Shown piece after piece: positions 49,890 through 60,197 of a stretch of 64,000 nucleotides of DNA (its first letter is position 1; every line of letters starts with the position of its first letter). Origin of the DNA: Candidatus Sericytochromatia bacterium (GTDB lineage: Bacteria; Cyanobacteriota; Sericytochromatia; S15B-MN24; VGJW01); assembly GCA_035285865.1 (NCBI GenBank), contig JAYKHS010000004.1:1-64000 (forward strand), written 5' to 3'. The position numbers and the translations under genes were made by a program. Below the pieces are notes generated by a model. The model was not told the DNA's origin. It did not search any database and saw only the letters and a list, made by a program, of their open reading frames with translations.

Positions 49890-50158
49890 CTGTGGCTTGG
49901 CCGCCTGCGAAGGGCCTCGTTGACCTGGTCCTGGGTGCAATACCCACCTTCCAGGAGGATCTGGGCGAGCGGCAGACGCTGCTCCGCCTGATGGGCCAGC
50001 GCCTGGTTCAAGGTTTCTTCCGTCAGTGCGCCCATCTCCATGAGCAGAATACCCAGTCCCGAGGGCCCGGCAACGGTGGGCGTCGTGGGAAGGTTCTGGA
50101 AATCGAACGAGAAATCGGTCTGGAAGGGGTCGAAGTTGAACGCGCTGCCGTCGCTCAT
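49886..50158 (-). CDS. Small protein with degenerate MshEN-like tandem motif
   Basis: LGILLMEMGALTEETLNQALAHQ and LAQILLEGGYCTQDQVNEAL. Starts 1 nt after the gyrA stop. Confidence 0.75.
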   Translation of the reverse strand: MSDGSAFNFDPFQTDFSFDFQNLPTTPTVAGPSGLGILLMEMGALTEETLNQALAHQAEQRLPLAQILLEGGYCTQDQVNEALRRRPSHR

Positions 50159-50159
50159 G

Positions 50160-52595
50160 TCAGTCCTCCTGACCGTCGTCGGCCACCATCGGGGCCACCC
50201 CGGCGATGCGGTCGTCGTCGCCCAGGCGCTGCAAACGCACGCCTTGGGTCATCCGGCCGTAACGGGCGATGTCGGCCACCTTCTGGCGAATGACGACGCC
50301 GTTGGTCGTCACGAGGACAATCTCGTCCTGGTCGCTGACGACCAGGATGTTGGCGACCTTGCCGCCCCGGTTGACATTGAGCTTCATGTTAATCAAGCCC
50401 AGGCCGCCACGGCCCTGAGGCCGGTATTCGGCAACCGGTGTGCGCTTGCCGTAGCCGTCCGTCGTCACGGAGAGCAGGTCGAGACTCTCCTGCGCCATGG
50501 CAAGGCCGACGACTTGATCCTCGGGCCTCAGCGTGATGGCACGGACCCCGCGTGCGGGACGCCCCAGAGGCCGCAGTTCGTCCTCGGGGAAGCGAATGGC
50601 CATGCCCTCAGCCGTCGCGATGACGACGTCGCTGTTGCCGTCCGTCGCCACGACCCAGCCGAGGCTGTCGCCTTCGTCGAGGTCGATGGCGATGATGCCG
50701 CTGCGCCGGATGCTTGAGAAGGCCGTCAGGTCGGTCTTCTTGATGGTTCCCTTGCACGTCAGCATCAGCAGGTAGCGGCCTTCCTCGAAGGCCTTGATGG
50801 GCACGACGGCCGTGACGACCTCGCCAGGACCCAGCGGCAGGAGGTTGGCGATGTTGGTGCCCTTGGCGGTCCGGCTGGCCTCGGGAATCTCGAAGGTCTT
50901 CAGCGAGTAGGCCTGGCCCCGGTTGGTGAAGAACAGGACCGGCTGGTGGGCCGTGCCGACGAAGAAGTGTCGGGTGAAGTCGCCTTCGCGGATGTTCATG
51001 CCCGTGACGCCCTTGCCGCCACGACCCTGCCGCTCGAAGGTGTCGGCGGCCAGACGCTTGATGTAGCCCTGGTCCGTGATGAAGACCGACATGGGCTCGT
51101 CAGGAATGAGGTCCTCGCGGCGGAATTCGCCGGGGTCATGTTCAAGGCGCGTGCGCCGCTCGTCCCCGTAGCGGGCGCGGACCTCGGCGACCTCTTCCTT
51201 GATCAGGGCGAGGACCTTGGCGCGGTCCGCGAGGATGGCGCGCAGCTCTTCAAGGCGGGCCCGCAGCTGGGCCGCCTCATCTTCGAGACGGCCGCGCTCC
51301 AGCTGTGTCAGGCGACGCAGCTGCATCTCGAGGATGGCGTTGGCCTGAATTTCGGTCAGGGCAAACCGCTCCATCAGACCGGTGCGGGCAGCGTCCGTGT
51401 TCTCGGCTCCGCGGATCAGCTTGATGACGGCATCGATATTCTCCTGGCAGATGAGGAGGCCTTCGACGATGTGGAGGCGTGCTTCGGCCTTGCGCCGCTC
51501 GTGGTCGGTACGCCGCGTGATCACCGTGACCCGATGGTCCCGGTAGTGGCCCAGCATTTCCTTCAGGGAAAGGATGCGCGGCTGGCCATCAACCAAGGCC
51601 AGGAAGGTGATGCCGAAGGTCGTCTGCAGGGCCGTCTGCTTGTATAGATTGTTGAGCACCACCTGGGGCACGGCATCGCGCTTGAGTTCGATGACGACGC
51701 GGATGCCCTCGCGATCGGACTCGTTCCGCAGGTCGGAGATGCCCTCGATCTTCTTGTCCTTGACCAGGTCGGCGATCTTGGCGATGAGCGGATCAGGACC
51801 CACCTGGTAGGGCAATTCGGTTGCCACGATGGCCATCCTGTTGTTCCGGATCTCCTCGATTTCACAGGTTGCCCGCAGCGTGATGGAGCCACGGCCGGAG
51901 GTGTAAGCCTCGCTGATGCCGCGTTGCCCGAGGATGGTGGCACCGGACGGGAAGTCGGGCCCCTTGATGTGGGCCATCAGGCCGGCTGCGTCGATGTCCG
52001 GGTCATCGATGAGCGCCACGAGGCCGTCCAGGACCTCGCGCAGGTTGTGCGGCGGGATGTTCGTGGCCATGCCGACGGCGATGCCGGCGGAGCCGTTGAC
52101 CAGCAGGTTCGGGATGCGGCTGGGCAGGACGCGCGGTTCCTCTGCGGTGCCGTCGTAGTTCGGCGTGAAGTCGACCGTCTCGGCGTCGATATCTGCCAGC
52201 AGTTCGCTGGCGATCCGCGAGAGGCGCGCTTCGGTGTAGCGATAGGCCGCCGCCGAGTCGCCGTCGAGCGAGCCGAAGTTGCCGTGCCCGTCGATCAGCG
52301 GGTAGCGGATGTTGAAGCTCTGGGCGAGGCGAACCATCGCGTCGTAGACGCTGGCGTCGCCATGGGGGTGGTACTTGCCCAGCACGTCGCCGACGACGGT
52401 GGCGCTCTTGCGATGCTTGCGGTCGCTGGTCAGGTTGTTCTCGCTCATCGAGAACAGGATCCGGCGATGGACAGGCTTGAGGCCGTCCCGGACATCCGGC
52501 AGGGCCCGGCCCACGATGACGCTCATCGCGTAGTCGAGGTAGCTCTGCTTGAGTTCCTCGCGGAGGCCGCGCGCCAAGACCCTGGATTCCGACAC
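50160..52595 (-). CDS. gyrA: DNA gyrase subunit A
   Basis: [23 protein letters not shown] and the GyrA-box QGRGGKG. Confidence 0.97.
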   Translation of the reverse strand: MSESRVLARGLREELKQSYLDYAMSVIVGRALPDVRDGLKPVHRRILFSMSENNLTSDRKHRKSATVVGDVLGKYHPHGDASVYDAMVRLAQSFNIRYPLIDGHGNFGSLDGDSAAAYRYTEARLSRIASELLADIDAETVDFTPNYDGTAEEPRVLPSRIPNLLVNGSAGIAVGMATNIPPHNLREVLDGLVALIDDPDIDAAGLMAHIKGPDFPSGATILGQRGISEAYTSGRGSITLRATCEIEEIRNNRMAIVATELPYQVGPDPLIAKIADLVKDKKIEGISDLRNESDREGIRVVIELKRDAVPQVVLNNLYKQTALQTTFGITFLALVDGQPRILSLKEMLGHYRDHRVTVITRRTDHERRKAEARLHIVEGLLICQENIDAVIKLIRGAENTDAARTGLMERFALTEIQANAILEMQLRRLTQLERGRLEDEAAQLRARLEELRAILADRAKVLALIKEEVAEVRARYGDERRTRLEHDPGEFRREDLIPDEPMSVFITDQGYIKRLAADTFERQGRGGKGVTGMNIREGDFTRHFFVGTAHQPVLFFTNRGQAYSLKTFEIPEASRTAKGTNIANLLPLGPGEVVTAVVPIKAFEEGRYLLMLTCKGTIKKTDLTAFSSIRRSGIIAIDLDEGDSLGWVVATDGNSDVVIATAEGMAIRFPEDELRPLGRPARGVRAITLRPEDQVVGLAMAQESLDLLSVTTDGYGKRTPVAEYRPQGRGGLGLINMKLNVNRGGKVANILVVSDQDEIVLVTTNGVVIRQKVADIARYGRMTQGVRLQRLGDDDRIAGVAPMVADDGQED

Positions 52596-52659
52596 CCCTG
52601 ACCTCCGTCGCCTTCGGGAAGGCCTTCCAGTCTACCACGCGCCCCCAGCCACACGGGGC

Positions 52660-52688
52660 TTGACGGGTGGGGGGCTGCGGGGCAAAAT
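52660..52688 (+). promoter_or_regulatory. Sigma70-type promoter of tRNA-Gln
   Basis: TTGACG-17 nt-CAAAAT just upstream of the tRNA. Confidence 0.65.
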
Positions 52689-52699
52689 GACGCTTACGT

Positions 52700-52770
52700 T
52701 CCCCGCTCGTCTAATGGTAGGACCGCAGTCTCTGGATCTGCTTGTGGAGGTTCGAATCCTTCGCGGGGAG
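52700..52770 (+). tRNA. tRNA-Gln (CTG)
   Basis: Acceptor TCCCCGC/GCGGGGA (U1-A72), D-loop TAATGGTA, anticodon loop CTCTGGA, GGTTCGAATCC. Confidence 0.93.
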
Positions 52771-52776
52771 CCTATG

Positions 52777-52816
52777 ACGGGGTTTTCGGAAGTTCGCTTC
52801 CGGAGACCCCGTTTGT
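52777..52816 (+). terminator. Terminator after tRNA-Gln
   Basis: Stem ACGGGGTTTTCGGAAG / CTTCCGGAGACCCCGT followed by TTGT. Confidence 0.75.
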
Positions 52817-52829
52817 ATTGGGGCAGACC

Positions 52830-54467
52830 ATGACGACCCAGGGTTGCGGGCGAACTTGTGCGTGCGGGCACACACCGCAGGCAGCTTCTTCCGGGGACGT
52901 CGGCATCTGGTTCCTCGCGGGCCACCCCGGGGCCGGCAAGAGTAGCGTGGGACCGCTGCTCGCGGACCTGTGTGGCCTGCCTTTCACGGATTTGGACCAG
53001 TTCGTCGGGGAACGGGAGGGCCTTGCCCCCGATCTTTTCCTGAGACAGAAAGGTCTTGGGGCCTTCCGGGCTGCGGAGGCCCGGGCTCTCGCGGCCCTGC
53101 CCGGGATGGGGCCCCGGGTCGTGGCTCTGGGAGGGGGCACGTTGGAGCACGAGGTATCCCGAAGCCTCGTCGCTCGGCATGGCAAGACCGTCTGGCTCGA
53201 CGCGGCCCCGGCCATGCTCGAGCGACGCACCAAGGGGGGATTGCGTCCGCTGCTCGATGAACCCGGTGCGCTGGGAGCCTTGCTTGAGGCGCGCGAGGGT
53301 ACGCGCCGCGCCCAATTGCGGCGTCTGCCCGTCGGCCGCCGAGGTCCCGATGCGCTGGCGACCGCCTTGGCGGCCCGAATCCGGCCCGGCTGCGTTTCGC
53401 TGGCCGACTCGGCGCCGCACGACCTGAGGGTAGGGGCGGGGGCCTTCGAGGAAACGATGCGCCTTGCGGGCACCCGGGTGGCGCTCGTGACTTCTGCCCC
53501 CGTGCGGCGACGACACGGGGCTGCGGTCGAGGGGATGCTGCGGGACCTGGGACGGGACGTGGTCGTCTTCGAGGTGCCGGACGGCGAGGCAGCGAAGCGC
53601 TGGCCGGTGCTGGGCGCGCTGGTCGATGCCCTGCTGGCAGGCGGGTTCGGCAGGCACGACACGCTCGTGGCGCTTGGTGGCGGTACGGTGGGTGACGTTG
53701 CGGGTCTTGCGGCTTCGCTCGTCGGCCGCGGGATGCCGTGGCTGGTGCTGCCCACGACTTTGCTGGCGATGGTCGACGCCGCCATCGGTGGCAAGGTTGC
53801 CGTCAACCACCAGGCAGGGCGCAACCTGCTCGGAGCCTTCCATCAGCCTTTGGCCGTGGGCATCGAGCCGGCCTTTCTGGAGACACTACCGCCCCGGGCC
53901 TGGCGCAGCGGCATGGCCGAGGTGGTCAAGACGCTCTTTCTCGCAGGGGACGGTTGGCTCGCACGCTTGCGGACCATGCCCTCGGACCCGGCTTCCTGGG
54001 ATGCTGGGCAACTGCACGCCGTCCTCGAGGCCTGTGCCGGACACAAGGCGCGGGTGGTGCGTGCCGACCCGGACGAGCGGGGTGGACCACGCCTTCAACT
54101 CAACCTAGGTCATACGGTGGGACACGCGCTCGAGGCTGCAGCCCGGTACCGCGGCCTGACGCACGGAGAGGCCGTGGCCATCGGGATCCGGGCGGCCTGT
54201 CGCCTGTCCGAGGCCCTCGGTATCGGCAATCCGGGCCTCGAGGATCGGCTGACGGATGTCCTCGCGCACTTCGGGTTGCCGCTGACGCATGCCCAGGACC
54301 CGGACGCGGTCCTTCAGGCAATGCCCCGCGACAAGAAAGCCATGGACGGCCGGCTGCGCTGGATCCTGCCAGTCCGTGAAGGCCACGTCACGCTTTCGGG
54401 TGACGTGCCTCAGGATCTGGTTGCCAGAGTGGTGGTCGACCTGGCGGCCGCACCCTCCCGGCGATAA
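52830..54467 (+). CDS. aroKB: Shikimate kinase / 3-dehydroquinate synthase fusion
   Basis: N-terminal GHPGAGKS, DLD, GGG and RPL. C-terminal GGGTVGD, PTTLLAMVDAAIGGK, NLGHTVGHALE and HGEAV. Confidence 0.93.
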   Translation: MTTQGCGRTCACGHTPQAASSGDVGIWFLAGHPGAGKSSVGPLLADLCGLPFTDLDQFVGEREGLAPDLFLRQKGLGAFRAAEARALAALPGMGPRVVALGGGTLEHEVSRSLVARHGKTVWLDAAPAMLERRTKGGLRPLLDEPGALGALLEAREGTRRAQLRRLPVGRRGPDALATALAARIRPGCVSLADSAPHDLRVGAGAFEETMRLAGTRVALVTSAPVRRRHGAAVEGMLRDLGRDVVVFEVPDGEAAKRWPVLGALVDALLAGGFGRHDTLVALGGGTVGDVAGLAASLVGRGMPWLVLPTTLLAMVDAAIGGKVAVNHQAGRNLLGAFHQPLAVGIEPAFLETLPPRAWRSGMAEVVKTLFLAGDGWLARLRTMPSDPASWDAGQLHAVLEACAGHKARVVRADPDERGGPRLQLNLGHTVGHALEAAARYRGLTHGEAVAIGIRAACRLSEALGIGNPGLEDRLTDVLAHFGLPLTHAQDPDAVLQAMPRDKKAMDGRLRWILPVREGHVTLSGDVPQDLVARVVVDLAAAPSRR

Positions 54468-56044
54468 GTCCGGAAATCGATCTCGGGGAAGATGTTGTCG
54501 AGGTACTCGACCTTGGCGAGCCACGGCTCGTCCACCCGGCCGGCCCGGACCTGTTCGTAGAGGCGCTGGAAGCGCAGCAGATGCGTGCGGGTGCGCTTGT
54601 TCGCGTACTCGACCATGGTGCCCGTCTTCATGATGAAAGCCCAGTCCGATGACTGCGCCAGAAGCAGTTCGCGTGCCATCTGGTTCAGCGCACGCTCCTG
54701 CAGGGGAGAGATGCGGTCATCCGGATAGGCGGCAACCTCGATCATGCGCTCGGCAGCTTCATGCAGGTGAGGATAGATCCACGCGTTGGTATCGTTGAGC
54801 CAGAAGGAGGCGTAGCCTTCCGCGCCCCAGCTGGAGAGCGGCGGCGTCGCGACCTGCTGGACCGGATGGCGATCCAGATACTCGGCAGGCGTTGTCAGCC
54901 GCAGGGTCGATGACTCGGTCGCCACCTTGCGCAGCAGGTAGTTGAGGAAGTTCGGGCCCTCGTACCACCAGTGACCGTAGAGTTCGGCGTCGTAGGGCGA
55001 GATGACGACGGGCGGGCGACCCATGGCCGATGCCAGGTGAGAAATCTGCTGCTCCCGACACCACATGAAGTGCCCGGCGTGTTCCTTGGCGCGCTCGTCC
55101 GCGACGTGCGGGTCGTAGGGCAACTTCTGGTCGGTCTTGCCCGTGACGCGGTAGTACTTGATGCCCGTGTTCTTGCGATCGCCCGTCGGTTGGATGTACG
55201 GAGCGATGTACTCCAGGGGCAGGTCGTAGCCGACATCCCGGTAGAACTCACGATAGTTGTAGTCGCCGGGGTAACCCTCGTCCTTGGACCAGACCTGGCG
55301 GCTCGACTCGGCATCTCGGGCGAAGGCCGCCACGCCGGTGCCGGCGCAGTAGATCGGGGCGTGGGCGCCGTGCCGGGGACGCGGCGTGGCGTGGGTGATG
55401 CCGTGGGTGTCGGTGAAGAAGTACTTGATGCCTGCCTCGGCAAGGTACGCATCGACGCCCGGGAAGTAGCCGCATTCGGCCAGCCAGATGCCCCTCGGGC
55501 CCCGTCCGAAGTGATGGCGGTAGTGCCGGGCGGCGACCTGGATCTGTGCTCGGACTGCTTCGGGGTGCACCTGCATCAAGGGCAGGAAGCCGTGCGTGGC
55601 GCAGCAAGTGACGATCTCGAGCACGCCCAGGTCCTGGAACTTGCGGAAGGCCGTGACGATATTGCCCTTGTACTGGTCGACGAAGATGTGGCGGATGCGG
55701 CGGAAGCGGTCGAGGTAGAAGTCGGAGAGGCGCTGGAAGGCCTCGTCGCCGCGTGTCCGGACCTTCTCTTTCTCGGCAAGCTCGATCAGTTCGTCGATAT
55801 GGCGCACATAGCGACGCTGGAGAAGCGGATCCGTCAGCATGGCCACGAGGGGGGGCGTCATGGACATCGTGATGCGGAAGTCGATGCCATCGCGCACCAA
55901 CTCGTCATAGATGCTGATCAGCGGGACATAGGTCTCGGTGATGGCCTCGTAGAGCCAGTCTTCCTCGAGGAAGTGGCTGTGCTCCGGGTGGCGGACAAAA
56001 GGCAGGTGCGCGTGTAGCACCAGCGCAAGGTAACCCTTGGGCAT
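54410..56044 (-). CDS. GH57 1,4-alpha-glucan branching enzyme (DUF1957)
   Basis: LVLHAHLPFV, EAITETY, GIWLAECG, PYDAELYGHWWYEG and AQSSDW motifs. Confidence 0.93.
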   Translation of the reverse strand: MPKGYLALVLHAHLPFVRHPEHSHFLEEDWLYEAITETYVPLISIYDELVRDGIDFRITMSMTPPLVAMLTDPLLQRRYVRHIDELIELAEKEKVRTRGDEAFQRLSDFYLDRFRRIRHIFVDQYKGNIVTAFRKFQDLGVLEIVTCCATHGFLPLMQVHPEAVRAQIQVAARHYRHHFGRGPRGIWLAECGYFPGVDAYLAEAGIKYFFTDTHGITHATPRPRHGAHAPIYCAGTGVAAFARDAESSRQVWSKDEGYPGDYNYREFYRDVGYDLPLEYIAPYIQPTGDRKNTGIKYYRVTGKTDQKLPYDPHVADERAKEHAGHFMWCREQQISHLASAMGRPPVVISPYDAELYGHWWYEGPNFLNYLLRKVATESSTLRLTTPAEYLDRHPVQQVATPPLSSWGAEGYASFWLNDTNAWIYPHLHEAAERMIEVAAYPDDRISPLQERALNQMARELLLAQSSDWAFIMKTGTMVEYANKRTRTHLLRFQRLYEQVRAGRVDEPWLAKVEYLDNIFPEIDFRTYRREGAAARSTTTLATRS

Positions 56045-56079
56045 GAGAGCAGTCTCCTGGATGCCTTGGTGGGATGAAA

Positions 56080-57495
56080 TCAGCCCTGCCGCAGCAGGTT
56101 GACGCGGCCGTCGCCTTCCGTCTGGCGTCCGACGGTAATCGTGATGGCACGCTCGTCATCGCCGTCGGCGTTGAGGGCCCGGATGGGCATGGGGTGCGTG
56201 CCGTTCGGGAGGTGGAAGTGGAATCGGAACGTGCCATCGGCGTTGAGCTGGATGCGCTCACCGCGGAAGGTCACGACGGCATCCGGTTCGGTGGCGCCGT
56301 GGATGATGACCTCGGCGTCGGCAACCAGCCAGAAGCCCTTCGGGCGTGCACCGACGCCCGAGGCGAGCGGGGCCTGCTGGGACGGCGCCCAGACGTGACT
56401 CGACAGGTTGGCCGAGCTTGGCCCACCCGGGGAGTCCGGCAACGCACCGGCATCGACCCACGGGTTGTCCGCCGAGGACGGATTCTGGGCACGCGGCACC
56501 AACCGCGCGCGCATCAGGCGACTGGGCATTTCGGGCATGCCCGGTGACGGAGGGCCATGCGCCGCCTGGTCGTCCGTCCAATCCGGTTCGAGCCCGTCCG
56601 GCCAAGGCGTCTCGGCCGTGGTCCACTCCTCACGGGGTGGCAGCGTCGAGACACCATGAGGCCGGAACGAGGGTTCGTCGGCCGGGTCCACGAAACGATC
56701 GGCGACAATCGGACTGGGGCCGTCCGCAGGCACCTCGACGAGGTTGGAGACGGCCACCGTCTCGAACCCGCCGCTGCGGAACTGCAGGGCGACTTCGACC
56801 CGGTAGCTGCGGCCGTCGCCGGGCAGCCTCAGGTACCAGCTGCGCGCCGTGCCCGGGACGGGCACGTCGTAGAAGTAGCCGGGGTGGCGGCCGCCAGGTA
56901 CCCATTCCTGCACGCGCAGGATCAGGCGATGGTCGCCGCGCGCCTGAGCGCGGCCGATCGTGCCTCCGGAAAGATCCCAGTAGGCGTGGATCCAGTAGGG
57001 GTCGCGCACCAGCAGGACGGCCCGGTCCGTATCGTAGGACTGCGGCAGGTCGCCAAGCCCGTCGTCGACCGCCAGCAACTCATCGATTCGCGTCGTCGCC
57101 TTGAAGGCCGGGCGTGGGGTTTCCGCGTCGGGACTCCCCGATGCATCGGGTGCTTCGTCTGCGCCGGGTTCGCCGGCAGCCACGAACGCAGGTGCGGCCT
57201 CGGGCGTCGTTTCGGTGGCAGCGTCGGACTCCGGGGCAGTTTCGATCGTTGCGCCGGAAGGGGCTTCAGGTACCGCAGGCACAGAGGCGGCGGGTGCACC
57301 GGATGGCGACAGGCCCGTGTCGGGAGGGGACACGGGAGACCCGAGCAGGGCGCTCTTGACGGCATCGACGATGCCGGCCACGAGGCCGCGGCGGCGAGGC
57401 CGGGTTGCCGCCTTGGCGGCTGCCTGGGCGGGCTGGTCTGGGGTCGATTCGCGAGGCGTTTCGTCCACGGATCCTCCTGAGGCATGCGGGCTCAT
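56080..57495 (-). CDS. DUF4912 domain protein
   Basis: LPQSY..DR..LLVRDPYWIHAYWD and ARSWY motifs. C-terminal FWLVADAEVIIHGATEPDA. Confidence 0.88.
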   Translation of the reverse strand: MSPHASGGSVDETPRESTPDQPAQAAAKAATRPRRRGLVAGIVDAVKSALLGSPVSPPDTGLSPSGAPAASVPAVPEAPSGATIETAPESDAATETTPEAAPAFVAAGEPGADEAPDASGSPDAETPRPAFKATTRIDELLAVDDGLGDLPQSYDTDRAVLLVRDPYWIHAYWDLSGGTIGRAQARGDHRLILRVQEWVPGGRHPGYFYDVPVPGTARSWYLRLPGDGRSYRVEVALQFRSGGFETVAVSNLVEVPADGPSPIVADRFVDPADEPSFRPHGVSTLPPREEWTTAETPWPDGLEPDWTDDQAAHGPPSPGMPEMPSRLMRARLVPRAQNPSSADNPWVDAGALPDSPGGPSSANLSSHVWAPSQQAPLASGVGARPKGFWLVADAEVIIHGATEPDAVVTFRGERIQLNADGTFRFHFHLPNGTHPMPIRALNADGDDERAITITVGRQTEGDGRVNLLRQG

Positions 57496-57646
57496 GCCGA
57501 ACGGTTATGAAAAAACGGCGGGACGCGTCCCACCGTTGGAAGTGGAAGCCACGGTACCATCGCCAAGGGCCTGCATGCAAGTGTTCACGCAGTGTTCGGG
57601 CCAACTTCCCCGTAGGGAGAGGCTGCGGATGGGTACATGATCCAGG

Positions 57647-58225
57647 ATGCCCCGCCCTGCCCGCGGCAATGCGATCCTGATTGCCACCATCCTCGTCTCG
57701 GCACTCACCGTGACGACGTTGGGCGTCTCGCGCCTGCTGATGCGCCGGCTGGATCAGGAGCGTGTAAGCGGCCAGTTGCTGGGTGCCCAGGCCCACGCAT
57801 GCAACATGCGGGCCTATGCCGAATATGCCCGGGCGCTTGCCCTGGTCCCGGCTACCCTGCCCGCTGCCGTCGTGCCGGCGGTGACCATGCCCATCGTCGA
57901 CATGCCGGACTCTGGCGTCCTCTTGTCGTCGTCTCCGGCACCCCCGGGGCCTTCTCCGACGCCCGAGCCTATTCCTGTGGCATCGACAGCTTCCGTTACG
58001 GTCTTGCGCGAGGTCATCGAGGCGCGGGCCGATACGGTGGGGGGAAACGTCCTCCGACGCATCGTGCGCATTCGGTTTTCCTGCTCGCTCCGTACCCGTG
58101 CCGACAACAGCGAGGTCGGTCAGGTCTCCCGCAGCCTGCTGACGGAATTCGAGACCGTGCCCATCCAGGGCAGCGCGAATTCCCGCATCACGTCCAGGAT
58201 CGTCGACGGGGGCAACGCGCTGTGA
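57647..58225 (+). CDS. PilX/GspK-like prepilin-type protein
   Basis: MPRPARG|NAILIATILV: basic leader, Gly, then hydrophobic helix without Glu5. Confidence 0.65.
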   Translation: MPRPARGNAILIATILVSALTVTTLGVSRLLMRRLDQERVSGQLLGAQAHACNMRAYAEYARALALVPATLPAAVVPAVTMPIVDMPDSGVLLSSSPAPPGPSPTPEPIPVASTASVTVLREVIEARADTVGGNVLRRIVRIRFSCSLRTRADNSEVGQVSRSLLTEFETVPIQGSANSRITSRIVDGGNAL

Positions 58226-58731
58226 GGCTGTCCGGCCGGCCGCCACGGGGCTTCAACCTGCTTGAGGCGATGCTGGCCGGTGTCATCCTGGCCGGCGGCA
58301 CCGTGGCGCTGGCTCAGATGACGCGCGTCGTCTTTCGTCAGGTCGAGGCGCTGGAGCGGGACGAGGGTCATGCCACCATCGTGGAGCGGCTCGTGATGCA
58401 ACAGATTCAGGCAATCCTGACGCGGACGCCGCTGGAAGACGGTCGCCGCTTTCCCGTCATCCCGCCGCTCGTCGAGCCGTCCGGACTGGTCTATGAGGTG
58501 CGCGTGTCGCCCGCGGCGCAGGCCGGTTGTCAGGCCGACCCGAGCCTGCCCGGGGGCAATTTCCGCTGCAATGCGGTCACGGTTTTCGTCGTGCTCCGGC
58601 AGCCGGACTCGGTGACGGGCACGTATCCGGACCTGTCCCGGCTCTACAGGCTGGGGGAGGGCGTCCATGTGACACCGAGGGTCACGGTGTGGCCGAGGAA
58701 GGGATACCCATGGCTCCGACCGCTGCAGTAG
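58222..58731 (+). CDS. Type IV prepilin-like protein
   Basis: GTGA overlap. RG|FNLLEAMLAGVIL cleavage/methylation motif. Confidence 0.8.
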   Translation: MRLSGRPPRGFNLLEAMLAGVILAGGTVALAQMTRVVFRQVEALERDEGHATIVERLVMQQIQAILTRTPLEDGRRFPVIPPLVEPSGLVYEVRVSPAAQAGCQADPSLPGGNFRCNAVTVFVVLRQPDSVTGTYPDLSRLYRLGEGVHVTPRVTVWPRKGYPWLRPLQ

Positions 58732-59849
58732 GTCGTCCGCGGCGATGCTCGGCCGGCACCGGCGGATTCAGTCTGCTCGAGGTGCTGCTGTCCACCGTCA
58801 CGCTTGCCGGGCTGATGACGGGATTCATGTTGGTATACCGCAGTCAGGAAACCGTGCAGTTGCTGACTATCGATGCCGTTCGGCTGCCGGATCGCGCGGG
58901 CCAGGTACTCGCTCGGCTGGGAGCGGAGTCGGCTCTCGGCGCCGTGTGCTGGCCGGACGGCTACCAGGCTCAGGGAAACGGGGCCAATGCCTACCGCGAG
59001 AGGAACGGGGGCGGCTCTCCCATGCTGCCGAATTGGAACACCACCGCAAACCCTCTGCCGGCCACGATTCCGGCGGGCCTCGAGTTCGCGGCGGACAACG
59101 GCACGACCTTCGGCGAGGCGGCCGTGACCTTGCCTCGCTTGCGCCGGGAGTTCTCGCCGCTGGGGGGCACAGGCTTCCTCATGCGGACCGTTCGCTTCGT
59201 CTACGAGCCTGACAGTCCGCTGCCTTACAGCCAGCGCCCCGGGGGCCTGATGGTCTTCGACGAGGGCGCCGCCGACGGCGTCTGGCTGACCGGTCCATCC
59301 GAGGTGGCGACGATGTCCTTCTATTTTCCCGATGCCATCCGGGTCACGGCCATCACGGGCGGGAGCGTGGACGTCATGGGGCCGCCGGGCAGTGATTACC
59401 GGTCGCGTCAGGGGGTCGGACCGGCCATCACGATCGGAGCGGGCACGACTCCGGCCTTCACCATCCTTGGCGTGGCCAACGTGCCCAGAGGTGCGTCCGA
59501 AGATGTCATCGGCATGAATATCGAGACGCTGGCGGATCGGAGCGGTGCCTGGTTCAGGCCCGTGACGGGCGGCTACAACGCTCCCGGGTCGCCCGTACCC
59601 TTCGCGCCCGGCAAGCTCTTCCGCCTCGACATCGGCGGCAAGGTCGGCACCATCTGGGGCAATTGGGCCCTGCAGCCCCCGGCACCGGGCACAGCCTCCG
59701 TGACGCTGCACATGTACCCGATGAACAACGAGCAGACGCTGCCGAGCCTCTCCGTGGGAGTCTGGTTGCAGGTCCGCGGCCGGCCCCGCAGTCATCCGCT
59801 GCTGGTCCGGGATGTCTTCCCGGCGCAGGTCAGCCACATCGCCGAGTGA
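58710..59849 (+). CDS. Type IV prepilin-like protein (PilW/GspJ-sized)
   Basis: GG|FSLLEVLLSTVTLAG motif. SD-like sequence before ATG 58710. Confidence 0.8.
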   Translation: MAPTAAVGRPRRCSAGTGGFSLLEVLLSTVTLAGLMTGFMLVYRSQETVQLLTIDAVRLPDRAGQVLARLGAESALGAVCWPDGYQAQGNGANAYRERNGGGSPMLPNWNTTANPLPATIPAGLEFAADNGTTFGEAAVTLPRLRREFSPLGGTGFLMRTVRFVYEPDSPLPYSQRPGGLMVFDEGAADGVWLTGPSEVATMSFYFPDAIRVTAITGGSVDVMGPPGSDYRSRQGVGPAITIGAGTTPAFTILGVANVPRGASEDVIGMNIETLADRSGAWFRPVTGGYNAPGSPVPFAPGKLFRLDIGGKVGTIWGNWALQPPAPGTASVTLHMYPMNNEQTLPSLSVGVWLQVRGRPRSHPLLVRDVFPAQVSHIAE

Positions 59850-59857
59850 CTCGGGCG

Positions 59858-60181
59858 TCAGGTGCCCTGACCCAGCTTGCGCAACACGGCCTCGAGGTCG
59901 CCTACGAGAAACAGCTCTCCCTGGCCCGCTGCGAGATCCAGCTGCCGCTCGACCGCCGCAACCAGACGGTCCCGTTCGTCCGGTCGGAGCGACAGGCCCG
60001 ATTCTTCACCGAACCCTTGGGCCTCGGCCGCCTGCAACAGACGGTCGATCAGCGGGTCCATCGTCTCGGCCGCCGCTGCGACGGCCTCTTCGGTGTCCGC
60101 CGTCTCGGGGACGGTGCGCTCGGCAAGGAGCGCGGCGGTCAGCAGGCGCAGTTCGGCCAGGTCGCGCAGCTTCAGGAACAT
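59858..60181 (-). CDS. Small acidic hypothetical protein
   Basis: GAGGA SD, GC3 bias, located directly downstream of the ABC1 kinase. Confidence 0.6.
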   Translation of the reverse strand: MFLKLRDLAELRLLTAALLAERTVPETADTEEAVAAAAETMDPLIDRLLQAAEAQGFGEESGLSLRPDERDRLVAAVERQLDLAAGQGELFLVGDLEAVLRKLGQGT

Positions 60182-60197
60182 CGATCCGGTCCTCAGG

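Noticed and set aside
50160..52595. parC instead of gyrA
   Set aside because: An intact GyrA-box (QGRGGKG) is present.
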